Origin: Candidatus Latescibacterota bacterium
Lineage (GTDB): Bacteria; Latescibacterota; UBA2968; GCA-2709665
Direction of reading: 5' to 3'
DNA length: 64,000 bases
NCBI GenBank assembly: GCA_965219995.1
Contig: CBDCOX010000002.1
Coordinates: 288,001-352,000, forward strand
Of the stretch, positions 9,497 to 18,778 are shown piece after piece; positions within the stretch are counted from its first letter, which is position 1, and each line of letters opens with the position of its first letter. The notes beneath the pieces were generated by a model. That model was not told the DNA's origin, did no database searches, and was given only the letters and a program-made list of their open reading frames with translations. Position numbers and translations under genes: made by a program.

Positions 9497-9718
9497 ATGC
9501 GCGATCCGATTGTTGAAGAGACGAGGAAACTTCGTGAGGAATATGCCGCACAATTCAACCATGATGAGAATGCCATATTCGACGACATCCTCAAGCGCCA
9601 GAGCATTCGTGGCAGGAAGTTAGTGACCTTTCCGTCCCGTGAGTCGAAACATAGACCAACCATTGGTGCAAATCAGCATTCGGACGCGCGCTTGATTCCT
9701 TTTAAAAATTCCATATAA
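9497..9718 (+). CDS. Small PIN-associated protein (putative antitoxin partner)
   Basis: MRDPIVEETRKLREEYAAQFNHD..IF pattern; starts 2 nt after the PIN remnant with GGAGG RBS. Confidence 0.65.
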   Translation: MRDPIVEETRKLREEYAAQFNHDENAIFDDILKRQSIRGRKLVTFPSRESKHRPTIGANQHSDARLIPFKNSI

Positions 9719-10063
9719 GTCTATAAGTTTTGTATAATCAGTAAAATATAAGGATAATGCAACTTGGGAAAATGTTATATTTCAGGTCACGCAATTCTGG
9801 ACTTTCCAATTAAAGCCCGGAATCTGGCGGGGCGAGCGGCGCTGAGTCCCAACACGCGGGGGAAGTTGCATCCAGGGGTGAACATCCAGACGCACCGGGC
9901 GTGAGCATCCTGGCCAGCACTCGAGGGCTTGAGCTGTGGACCGAGGCGGCCTTGATCCTCTCCAGGTGCAGGACCTAGACGGTTGCGTGTGCAAATCTGG
10001 CCGGCGCGGATCCGGACGCCGGCTGAGGTGCCGGGGCAAGAAACCACGAAAGGAAGGGGGATA

Positions 10064-11611
10064 ATGCGCCGAAACAAAGCGCTGTTTATAGCGGTGGCGT
10101 TGCCGCTCTTTTCGGGTTTGGCGTCAGGTTACAGCGTTGTACACCCGCGCTGCCTCGGTGATTTTAACGGCAACGGGCGGGTTGATTTTCCGGATTTCAT
10201 ACGCTTTTCCGTCGTTTTTGGGGCGGCGTCCGGGGATGCGAATTACAATGTGCTAATGGACTTGGACGGCGACGGGCGGGTTGACTTTGCGGATTTTGTG
10301 GAGTTTTCCGCCGTGTTTGGCACCACGTGTCCGCCAAGTCCGCCGGTGGCAATTCCGGATAGCAGTTTGCGCGCGGTGATTGCGGACGCCCTGAGAAAAG
10401 CGCACGATGCGCCGATTACTCGCGCGGATATGGAATCGCTTAGGGCGCTTTTGGCGGCGGATAGGCACGTCCGCGACGTGACCGGAATTGAGTTTGCGAC
10501 CTACCTGGACATTCTGGTTCTTTCCGGCAACCAGTTGACGGACGCGATCCCGCCGGAACTGAGCAACCTGACCAACTTGGCATATCTGGATCTTTCCGGC
10601 AACCGGTTGACGGGCACGATCCCGCCCTGGTTCGGCAGCCTGATCAACCTGGGATGGATGGATCTCAACGAAAACGACTTGACGGGCACGATCCCACCGG
10701 AACTAGGCAACCTGACAAATCTGCAAAGGCTGGTTCTTTCCGGCAACCAGTTGATGGGCGGGATCCCGCCTTGGTTGGGCAGCCTGGCCAGCTTGGAAGC
10801 GTTGGGTCTTTCCAACAACCGGTTGACGGGCGCGATCCCGCGGGAGTTGGCCAACCTGACCAACCTGGAATATCTGGCCCTTTCCTACAACCAGTTGACG
10901 GGCACGATCCCGCCTTGGTTGGGCAGCCTGACCAACCTGGAACGGCTGTATCTCAACGAAAACGACTTGACGGGTGCGATCCCGGCAACATTGCGCAACC
11001 TGACCAACTTGGAACATCTGTATCTTCCAAGTTACAAGCTGACGGGCGGGATCCCGCCTTGGTTGGGCAGCCTGACCAACCTGCAAAGGCTGGTTATTGA
11101 CGGCTTGAGGCCGCGAAATCTTGACGTTGTTTTTGATGAAGATCGTCTACAAAAACCAACGGGCGCGATCCCGAGGGAGTTGACCAACCTGACCAATCTG
11201 GAATGGCTGGCTCTTCCCGGAAACCAGTTGACGGGCGGGATCCCGCCTTGGTTGGGCAGCCTGACCAACCTGGAATGGCTGTTTCTTAATGACAACAAGT
11301 TGACGGGAACAATCCCGAGGGAGTTGGGCAACCTGACCAAATTGGAACGGCTAGTTCTTCACACAAACCAGTTGACGGGTGCGATCCCGCTCGAGTTGGG
11401 CAATCTGACCAACCTGGAGTGGCTGGCCCTTTCCGAAAATCAGTTGACAGGTCCGCTGCCCGGTTCATTCACGAATCTTGTTAATCTTTCGCAGCTGGAC
11501 ATTAGCGCTACGAAACTATGCGCGCCGTCGACATCGACGTTTCAGATCTGGATACGTGGGCTTGAAATCTGGAGTGGCGTTTACTGCACAGAGTCTGAAA
11601 CGCCCCAATGA
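10064..11611 (+). CDS. Secreted protein with dockerin/EF-hand-like pair and plant-type 24-aa leucine-rich repeats
   Basis: ATG 10064 after AGGAAGG; signal peptide; DFNGNGRVDFPDF and DLDGDGRVDFADF; about 14 LxxLxLxxNxLTGxIPxxLGxL repeats. Confidence 0.9.
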   Translation: MRRNKALFIAVALPLFSGLASGYSVVHPRCLGDFNGNGRVDFPDFIRFSVVFGAASGDANYNVLMDLDGDGRVDFADFVEFSAVFGTTCPPSPPVAIPDSSLRAVIADALRKAHDAPITRADMESLRALLAADRHVRDVTGIEFATYLDILVLSGNQLTDAIPPELSNLTNLAYLDLSGNRLTGTIPPWFGSLINLGWMDLNENDLTGTIPPELGNLTNLQRLVLSGNQLMGGIPPWLGSLASLEALGLSNNRLTGAIPRELANLTNLEYLALSYNQLTGTIPPWLGSLTNLERLYLNENDLTGAIPATLRNLTNLEHLYLPSYKLTGGIPPWLGSLTNLQRLVIDGLRPRNLDVVFDEDRLQKPTGAIPRELTNLTNLEWLALPGNQLTGGIPPWLGSLTNLEWLFLNDNKLTGTIPRELGNLTKLERLVLHTNQLTGAIPLELGNLTNLEWLALSENQLTGPLPGSFTNLVNLSQLDISATKLCAPSTSTFQIWIRGLEIWSGVYCTESETPQ

Positions 11612-12040
11612 GGCTCGATCTGGACCGCGGGAATCGAGGCAAACGCAACATGGTGCGGCGATCTGCTTCAGCTGCGGCCGCAGGCTGTGGACGTGAAGGA
11701 TCTGGTCGGAGGCGGGAACCGGACGCGGTGCCGGTAATCGAGGGCGAACGCGTCAAACATGGCACGAGGCGCCGGATATTCGGCGGGGCGAATGACACAC
11801 GGGCAAGGAATCCCGAAAGCAAAGGGGAGATTTACCATACGTTTAACCTTGATTCGTGATTCTTCGGAGACGTTAATTCGAATATACCCAAGTGGATAAA
11901 GGTGATTTGACGTCGGATTACAAGGATACTTCAGGTCACAGGACGTGAACGGAAAAAATGTCCATTTGGACGACCTTTTCGGTCCATTACGGAAGGTTTT
12001 GTTGTAGCGCCGCGTTGCCGTTTTTTTCGAACTGGGGTTA

Positions 12041-12220
12041 AACAAAGCGCTGCTTATGGCGGTGGCGTTGTCGGTATTTGGTGGCGTGGCTTCAGCTGGT
12101 ACCGTGGCGGAAACGCCGGCCGAACGCGTACCCGAAATCACGATACCGGATCCGGGAAACTTCAACATGCCGTTAAGCGCGGATTCGTTAAAGGCGGTTT
12201 CAAAGGAAACATTCAGGTGA
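12041..12220 (+). pseudogene. Decayed 5' fragment of a paralog of the LRR gene
   Basis: AACAAAGCGCTGCTTATGGCGGTGGCGTTG versus AACAAAGCGCTGTTTATAGCGGTGGCGTTG at 10073; reads NKALLMAVALSVFGGVASAG..EITIPD. Confidence 0.55.
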
Positions 12221-12221
12221 A

Positions 12222-13811
12222 ATGATGAAAAACGCGAGTTCGGACGTTCTCGGGGAGCGGGCGGGCCGACGCAAGCTTCCCATCGGAATTCAGACCTTTC
12301 GCAGAATTCGGGAGGAGAACTTCTACTACGTCGACAAGACCGCATATATTCGACGAATGGTGGACGAAGGCACGCATTATTTCCTGTCACGGCCACGTCG
12401 CTTTGGCAAAAGCCTCTTTCTGGATACGTTGAAGGAACTGTTTGAGGGCAACGAGCCACTGTTCAAAGGACTCGACGTCCACGCCCATTGGGATTGGTCC
12501 GTTACGTATCCCGTGGTGCGACTGAGCTTTGGCAGCGGCAACTTCAAGGAGCCGGACTATCTGCATACGAATCTGATGGCGCAGTTGGACGGCTTCGAAC
12601 GCCGGGCCGGTGTCGCTGGGACGTACGCGACGGGACCGGAGCGGTTCAGTCACCTGATTGAGGCGCTGCATGATCGTGACGGACAGCCTGTGGCCATTTT
12701 GATTGATGAGTACGACAAGCCGATCCTGGACGCGCTCGATGTGCCGGAGGTCGCGCGCGCCAACCGCGACTTCCTGCGCGGCCTGTACGCGACGATCAAG
12801 GACAGCGACGCGTATATCAAGTTCACCTTCCTCGCCGGCGTCAGCAAGTTCACAAAGGTCAGCCTGTTCTCCGGCCTCAATAATCTCAAGGACATCACCC
12901 TGGATGCCCGCTATTCGGCCGTATGCGGCTACACCGAGGCAGACCTGGATACGGTGTTCGCGCCGGAACTGCCGGGGCTGGAACGCGAAACGGTGCGCGA
13001 CTGGTATAACGGTTACAGCTGGCTGGGTGACGAAAAGACCTATAACCCCTTCGATATTCTCATGCTCTTCGACAAGCGCCGATTCGACGCGTATTGGTTT
13101 GAGACGGGCACGCCGACGTTTCTGATCGAGACCCTGTTCAATCGTCGTGTCAGTTCACTCGAACTCGATAAGATGGTGGGCAGCAGCGACCTGCTTTCGA
13201 CGTTCGACGTGGGAGATATGGCAACCGAGGCCCTGCTGTTCCAGACCGGCTATCTGACGGTTACCGGCGAGGAAAACCTGGGTGGTGAACCGCTTTACCT
13301 GCTGGGTTATCCCAACCGGGAGGTGCGCCAGAGCCTCAACCGAAGTCTCTTGCGCTACCTGGTCAAGAATCCGTCCCGCCAGATGGCGAATAGCGTCCAA
13401 TTGTACCGGCTGCTTGAGACGAACGACTTCGAGGGGCTGGAGACGTTGTTCCACGCCTTCTTCGCCAGTATTCCGTACGAGTGGTACACCAACAACGACG
13501 TCGCTGATTACGAGGGTTACTACGCGAGCGTTTTCTATTCCTATTTCGCGGCATCGGGCCTCGACATCAAGGTCGAGGACAGCAGCAGCCACGGCCGTCT
13601 CGACATGGCGGTATTTTTCAACGGCAACGTGTACCTGTTCGAATTCAAAGTCGTGGAGATGGCGCCCGATGGCGCGGCGATGGCGCAATTGAAGGCGCGG
13701 CGTTACGCCGACAAGTACCGCGCCCGTGGCGAGCCCATTCACCTGATCGCGATTGAGTTCAGCCGGGAGAACCGAAATATCGCGGCGTTCGACGTCGCGA
13801 GCGTGCCGTAG
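12222..13811 (+). CDS. AAA-ATPase-like protein fused to a C-terminal PD-(D/E)XK nuclease domain
   Basis: LPIGIQTF, YYVDKT, RPRRFGKS, LIDEYDKP, WYNGY, PNREV, GRLDM..FEFK. Confidence 0.9.
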   Translation: MMKNASSDVLGERAGRRKLPIGIQTFRRIREENFYYVDKTAYIRRMVDEGTHYFLSRPRRFGKSLFLDTLKELFEGNEPLFKGLDVHAHWDWSVTYPVVRLSFGSGNFKEPDYLHTNLMAQLDGFERRAGVAGTYATGPERFSHLIEALHDRDGQPVAILIDEYDKPILDALDVPEVARANRDFLRGLYATIKDSDAYIKFTFLAGVSKFTKVSLFSGLNNLKDITLDARYSAVCGYTEADLDTVFAPELPGLERETVRDWYNGYSWLGDEKTYNPFDILMLFDKRRFDAYWFETGTPTFLIETLFNRRVSSLELDKMVGSSDLLSTFDVGDMATEALLFQTGYLTVTGEENLGGEPLYLLGYPNREVRQSLNRSLLRYLVKNPSRQMANSVQLYRLLETNDFEGLETLFHAFFASIPYEWYTNNDVADYEGYYASVFYSYFAASGLDIKVEDSSSHGRLDMAVFFNGNVYLFEFKVVEMAPDGAAMAQLKARRYADKYRARGEPIHLIAIEFSRENRNIAAFDVASVP

Positions 13812-14008
13812 CAGCCCGTTGATAGAGTTGCTCTGCCTGCGAGACCGAGCCATTGTGGCTGAAAACAAGGCGCGCGCCCGAGTCGCTGGCTGAGTCTGCT
13901 GGGGAGACAGGGGTGAATTGCGTGTCGAAAGGACCCGGCGCATGCGGTATATCGAGAATCAAGGCACGTGAAGAGACTCGTATCACGAGTCGATGAGGCG
14001 GATACGAT

Positions 14009-15208
14009 ATGCCGAGTGACCGTAAACTGAGAATCGCCCAGGTGGGCTGCGGCAGCCGGGGTCGGGCCGTGCGGCTTCGCGCGATCCGCATGATGTCGGA
14101 CGTGTTCGAGCTGGTTGCCGTCTGCGACGCGGATGCGGACAAGGCGAGGGCGGTCGGCGCCGAAAACGGGGTCCCCGCCTATTCGCGGGTCCAGGATCTG
14201 GCGGCAAATCAAGATCTGGATATAGCGGCAATCAGTACGCCCGGCGATTCGCACCACGCGATCGGCGCGTACCTGGCCGAGCGAGGCGTGAATCTCATCG
14301 TGGAGACGCCGATTTCACCCGCGCTGCAGACTGCGGACGTACTCATACGGGCGGTCGAGCGGGGCGGGGTGAAGCTGGAGGTGGCCGAGCAGTTCTGCCG
14401 CGAACCCATGCATCTGATGAAACGCATGGCGATCGAGGCCGGGTTCATTGGGGATGTACTTAGGGTTTTTTCTCTGTTTCAGACGGGCGGCTATCACATC
14501 GTGAGCAATGTAAGGGCAATGGCGTGCGATTCGGAGGCCGTGCGGGTCACCGGCCTTACGATGGATTCGCCGATTCCCAGGGTGAATATCAGCGAGATCC
14601 GGCAGTATGAATCTGAAGCCTGGACGATGGACCTGGTCGAGTTCGAGAACGGGGCGCTGGCCGTCATGTCCTATTCTTCCATGTATCACGGCCGGGCGCT
14701 CGGACGCAAGAGCAAGACGTTGTTCCAGGTGGACGGTACCACAGGGACCATTGTGGAGGACGAACTGCATTGGACCACCGAAGCGCAGCGGCTGAACGGT
14801 GGGCGAGCCACCGTCAGTCCGATCATGACGGAAACGCGCGACGTGGACGGGATGCAGGTGCTGGACCGGATGGTGGTGGAGACCGACCCTCCGCTGGTAT
14901 GGGAGAATCCCTGGCCCCAATACAGGACGTCTCCGCACGGGTTGGCGATCGTGGAAGAGATGGACAGTATCGCAACGGCGGTACTGGACGACGTGCCGAC
15001 GCGATACGACGGGCGCCGCGCGAGAAAAGACATGGAGATCGAACTGGCGGTGGCGGAGTCCGGGCGGTTGGGACGGAGGCCGTTGGACCTCCCGCTCCGG
15101 GAACCCACGGCGCGGGAAACGAGGTTTTTGGAGAATTTCGCACGGGAATACGGCTGCGATCCGTTCGACGTGGAAGCTTGTGTTGACGTATTCTTTCCGA
15201 AAAGGTAG
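14009..15208 (+). CDS. Gfo/Idh/MocA-family oxidoreductase
   Basis: Rossmann VGCGSRG, LVAVCD, STPGDSHH, ETP in place of the usual EKP. Confidence 0.85.
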   Translation: MPSDRKLRIAQVGCGSRGRAVRLRAIRMMSDVFELVAVCDADADKARAVGAENGVPAYSRVQDLAANQDLDIAAISTPGDSHHAIGAYLAERGVNLIVETPISPALQTADVLIRAVERGGVKLEVAEQFCREPMHLMKRMAIEAGFIGDVLRVFSLFQTGGYHIVSNVRAMACDSEAVRVTGLTMDSPIPRVNISEIRQYESEAWTMDLVEFENGALAVMSYSSMYHGRALGRKSKTLFQVDGTTGTIVEDELHWTTEAQRLNGGRATVSPIMTETRDVDGMQVLDRMVVETDPPLVWENPWPQYRTSPHGLAIVEEMDSIATAVLDDVPTRYDGRRARKDMEIELAVAESGRLGRRPLDLPLREPTARETRFLENFAREYGCDPFDVEACVDVFFPKR

Positions 15209-15248
15209 TGGAATCCGGCCGGATCCACGAGCCCGGGAGAAATCGGAC

Positions 15249-16310
15249 ATGGGAAAGGGTCGCACGTTCGAATCCGAGGTGAGCGCGCTGCGCGACGACA
15301 GGACCGGCGCATCCGTCCGCCAGATGACGGATCATCCTTCCATCAATCACAATCTGTACTTTTCGAACCCGTCATGGACGCCGGACGGAAACACCATTGT
15401 GTTTACGTCGTTCCGCTCGGGGAAGCCCGATCTGTTCAGGATGGACGAGGCCAGCGGCGCGATTACGCAATTGACCGACGTGGAAGGGTTCGGAGGATTC
15501 GCCGCTTGCCCGTCGCGAGACGGAAGCAGGGTGTTCTACAATGCGGCCGGACAGGTACGAGCCGTGGACCTCGACTCACTGAAGGAATCGGTTCTCGCCG
15601 ATTTCGGAAGCGGCAGCGCGGGTGGGTGCAGTCTCTCGTCGGACGGCGCGCGCCTGGTCACCTCCCTGCAGCGGGACGGAGCATCGGCGGTGGTCGCCGT
15701 GGAAACCGACGGGTCCGGATTCCGCGTCGTTCGGGAACCGCCACGAGCCGTCGGCCATGTTCAGGTCTGCCCGGCGGACCCGGACCTGATCCTGTATTCC
15801 AGCGACGTGAATCAGCGCATGTGGGAGGTAAGAATCGACGGAAGCGGTGAACGCGCGCTTTTCGTGCACGACAAATCGGTGTGGATTACGCACGAGACGT
15901 TTCTCGGGCACTCCGACACCGTCATGTTCGTACATTGGCCCTTCGCGCTGCGGGCGATCAGGATGGGAGCGGACGAAGACCGGACCGTTGCTTCATTCAA
16001 CGTCTGGCATCCTTCGCCGCGCCGGGATGGATCCCTCATCGTGTGCGATACCACGTGTCCCGATATCGGATTGCAACTGATCGATCCGGATACCGGGGCC
16101 CACGAAACGCTCTGCTATCCGGGCAGCTCCAACGGAGGCGCCCAGTGGGCGAAGACGGTCCCCGCGGACGATGACAAAACGACGCCGGAAACGTACGGAC
16201 CGCAGTGGTCTCATCCCCACCCGTCGTTCAGTCCGGACGGCAAACGGGTGATCTATACCTCGGATCGAACCGGCACAAGCCAGATTTACGTGGCGGATGT
16301 ACCGGATTGA
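15249..16310 (+). CDS. Oligogalacturonate lyase-like / TolB-like beta-propeller
   Basis: MGKG..DRTGASVRQMT..HNLYF N-terminus, THETF, C-terminal HPHPSFSPDGKRVIYTSDRTG. Confidence 0.8.
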   Translation: MGKGRTFESEVSALRDDRTGASVRQMTDHPSINHNLYFSNPSWTPDGNTIVFTSFRSGKPDLFRMDEASGAITQLTDVEGFGGFAACPSRDGSRVFYNAAGQVRAVDLDSLKESVLADFGSGSAGGCSLSSDGARLVTSLQRDGASAVVAVETDGSGFRVVREPPRAVGHVQVCPADPDLILYSSDVNQRMWEVRIDGSGERALFVHDKSVWITHETFLGHSDTVMFVHWPFALRAIRMGADEDRTVASFNVWHPSPRRDGSLIVCDTTCPDIGLQLIDPDTGAHETLCYPGSSNGGAQWAKTVPADDDKTTPETYGPQWSHPHPSFSPDGKRVIYTSDRTGTSQIYVADVPD

Positions 16311-16349
16311 TGCTCACCGTACTGCGTAGCGGAATACCGGAGTGACACC

Positions 16350-16724
16350 ATGCCTGCACCGGGTGAGTGGGCAATCACGGCAACCCGCCCTGTATTGATC
16401 GTTTCGGACGTCGACCGCGCGCTGGTGTTCTACGGGCGGATCGGTTTCGAACAGGAATTCCGCAACGACGTGGTATACGCCGTGGTTCGCATGGGGGCGT
16501 TCTCCATCCATCTCGGCACCAGAATGGATCCGGTCGGCCAGGGGTTGTCTCAGGCGGTGATCGAAATGCGGGGCGTCGACGCCTATTACGCTTTCTGTAT
16601 CCAGCAGGGGGTGAGGATCCATCGTGAAATACAGGACCGCTTCTACGGTTTGCGGGATTTCCAGTTGACCGACCCGGACGGAAACATCATTACGTTCGGC
16701 GAGCGGGTGCCTTCGGGCAGATGA
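16350..16724 (+). CDS. VOC/glyoxalase/bleomycin-resistance family protein
   Basis: VSDVDRALVFY..GF and YGLRDFQLTDPDGNIITF. Confidence 0.85.
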   Translation: MPAPGEWAITATRPVLIVSDVDRALVFYGRIGFEQEFRNDVVYAVVRMGAFSIHLGTRMDPVGQGLSQAVIEMRGVDAYYAFCIQQGVRIHREIQDRFYGLRDFQLTDPDGNIITFGERVPSGR

Positions 16725-16826
16725 GTCCGGTGGGTGCGAACTGCCTGAGAGCTCGTGTGGGGTTGGCGGCGCGTCGGTGCCGTTCGGGCAAAAAATGCTT
16801 GACTCCATGTGCGCAAACCGTTAGAT

Positions 16827-16855
16827 TTGCGTGCCCCCTTGCGTCGTATTATCCT
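16827..16855 (+). promoter_or_regulatory. Candidate sigma70 promoter
   Basis: TTGCGT-N17-TATCCT followed by an A-rich stretch. Confidence 0.45.
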
Positions 16856-16876
16856 CAATAAAATAAAGAAGATATA

Positions 16877-17031
16877 GATGCTCGTGTCCGATGGTGACCA
16901 GGATCGGCGCGGTCGGCTCGCCCCGGGACGCTTTCCGCTGATGCGGACGTGAAGACCGTCGGCGCGGCGTATTTGAGCGCCTGTGCAGGAGGCCGTCCCG
17001 AAACGCGGTCGCTGAATTTGAACAGGGCGTC
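16877..17031 (+). ncRNA. Candidate structured RNA or 5' leader, family unassigned
   Basis: Nested stems GATGCTC/GGGCGTC, TGGTGACC/GGTCGCTG, CGGGACG/CGTCCCG with many G-U pairs. Confidence 0.35.
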
Positions 17032-17096
17032 GAAAAACTCGGAACCGGGAATCGGTTGAAGTGTATTCCTTATATAATAAGGAGAGGACATCCAGA

Positions 17097-17582
17097 ATGA
17101 TCCGGTGGACATGGGTGCTGGGCATGGCGATTCTCGTGGGATGCGGCCGCGAATCCGCGGATGAGCTCTTTGCAAAAGGGGAGGCGGCAACTCACAAGGA
17201 GGCGACGTATCCGGAGGCAGAGGCGCAACTCAAGAAATTCCTGGATTTCTATCCTGACGATCCGAGGGCGGACCTGGTCTTGCACGCGCTGGCTCGCGTG
17301 CTGCTGAATCGACACAAGTTCGATGAGGCAATCGGATTCTATGGGACGCTGGTATCGCGTTTTCCGGAGAGCCGATACGCGGACCAGGCGCAGTTCATGA
17401 TCGGGTACGCCTACGATCTCCAGGGAAAATATCAACGGGCCCGGGAGGCTTACCAGAAAGTCATCGAGATGTTCCCGAAGTCGGAATTGTACGACGATGC
17501 CGCCGTTTCCATCAGGAATCTGGGCAAGCCGCCCGAAGAATGGTTTCCCGTCGATTCGACCTCGACTATAGGCGTAAACTGA
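17097..17582 (+). CDS. TPR lipoprotein (BamD/YbgF-like)
   Basis: AAGGAG RBS, lipobox LVGC, TPR repeats ending in YPDD/FPES/FPKS. Confidence 0.75.
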   Translation: MIRWTWVLGMAILVGCGRESADELFAKGEAATHKEATYPEAEAQLKKFLDFYPDDPRADLVLHALARVLLNRHKFDEAIGFYGTLVSRFPESRYADQAQFMIGYAYDLQGKYQRAREAYQKVIEMFPKSELYDDAAVSIRNLGKPPEEWFPVDSTSTIGVN

Positions 17583-17778
17583 ATCGGGAACGGGTGTGGG
17601 TTTCGACAAAGACGGGTACAAGGTTCCGGTCGCCGCATCCCCCCCTGACGCGTATCGCCGTTTCAGGCTGTCATTCCGTTCTTGAAGCCATGTTTTCTCG
17701 ATTTTCCAACAGCACAGCGCAGCCGGACGGTATCGGTGCATAAGGAAACCGTCCGGTATTCTATTTTGGGACCCATTG

Positions 17779-18774
17779 ATGATGATCGCCGCCGAAATTC
17801 AGCAACTGAACGATGAAGTAGAACGGGAGAGCGCTTTTGTCCAGCGCCTCACCGGTGAGGTGGGTCGTGTAATCGTGGGCCAGGAGCCCATGGTCGAACG
17901 GCTGCTGATCGGGCTGCTGTGCAACGGCCATGTATTGCTCGAAGGCGTGCCGGGGCTGGGAAAGACACTGACCGTCACCACGCTTGCAGTTGCTATCCAG
18001 GCCTCGTTCAGCCGAATTCAGTTCACCCCCGATCTGTTGCCCGCGGACCTGATCGGTACGATGATCTACAACCAGGCCACCGGCGAATTTGCACCGAAGA
18101 AGGGTCCGGTCTTCGCACAACTCGTACTCGCCGACGAAGTGAACAGGGCGCCCGCCAAGGTGCAGAGCGCCATGCTGGAGGCAATGCAGGAGCGGCAGGT
18201 GACCATCGGCGACCGGACCTTTCGGATGGACGATCCGTTTCTTGTTCTGGCCACGCAGAATCCAATCGAGCAGGAGGGAACCTATCCGCTGCCGGAGGCG
18301 CAGGTGGACAGGTTCATGATGAAGGTCCGCGTCACGTATCCGCGACGGGAGGAGGAGCGGGCGATTATCGACCGGATGGAGGGCGGGGAAGCCCCGGCCG
18401 CAAACCCCGTGGTCCGTCCCGAAGATATCATCCGCGCGCGCGCCGTAGTCGACCGGGTGTACGTCGACGACAAGATCAAGGACTACATCGTGAACCTGAT
18501 GCTGGCCACCCGTGATCCCGCGGCATTCGGAATTCAGGATCTCAACGCGCTGATCGAATACGGGTGTTCGCCGCGGGGCTCCATTTTCCTGACGCGGGCG
18601 GCCAAGGCCCACGCCTTTTTGCGGCAGAGGGGATACGTGACGCCGGAAGACGTGAAAGCCGTGGGCCTGGACGTTCTTCGTCACCGGGTGATCGTTACCT
18701 ACGAAGCGGAAGCCGAGGAGGTCGACTCGGAGGAGATCGTCCGTCGGATTTTCGATCATGTCGAGGTACCCTGA
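17779..18774 (+). CDS. moxR: MoxR AAA+ ATPase
   Basis: GHVLLEGVPGLGKT, RIQFTPDLLPAD, DEVNRAPAKVQS, ATQNPIEQEGTYPLPEAQ. Confidence 0.95.
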   Translation: MMIAAEIQQLNDEVERESAFVQRLTGEVGRVIVGQEPMVERLLIGLLCNGHVLLEGVPGLGKTLTVTTLAVAIQASFSRIQFTPDLLPADLIGTMIYNQATGEFAPKKGPVFAQLVLADEVNRAPAKVQSAMLEAMQERQVTIGDRTFRMDDPFLVLATQNPIEQEGTYPLPEAQVDRFMMKVRVTYPRREEERAIIDRMEGGEAPAANPVVRPEDIIRARAVVDRVYVDDKIKDYIVNLMLATRDPAAFGIQDLNALIEYGCSPRGSIFLTRAAKAHAFLRQRGYVTPEDVKAVGLDVLRHRVIVTYEAEAEEVDSEEIVRRIFDHVEVP

Positions 18775-18778
18775 CCCG

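Noticed and set aside
9790-10000. Possible gene remnant or RNA upstream of the LRR gene
   Set aside because: No frame gives a recognisable protein and I found no convincing long stems by eye.
10030-10062. GGGCAA..CGAAAG resembling a c-di-GMP-I riboswitch (also ~11800)
   Set aside because: Lacks the GACGCAAA junction and the P2 stem, and runs straight into the RBS.
10520-11470. Regular ~72-nt repeats resembling a CRISPR array
   Set aside because: They are in-frame LRR coding units with no unique spacers, and no cas genes are in the window.
16938-17016. Hammerhead-ribozyme-like words CTGATG...CGAAAC-GCG-GTC
   Set aside because: Core A9 is C, stem II has an extra C before GAAA, and stem I pairs only by consuming C3. 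Not a canonical hammerhead without a covariance-model hit or cleavage assay.
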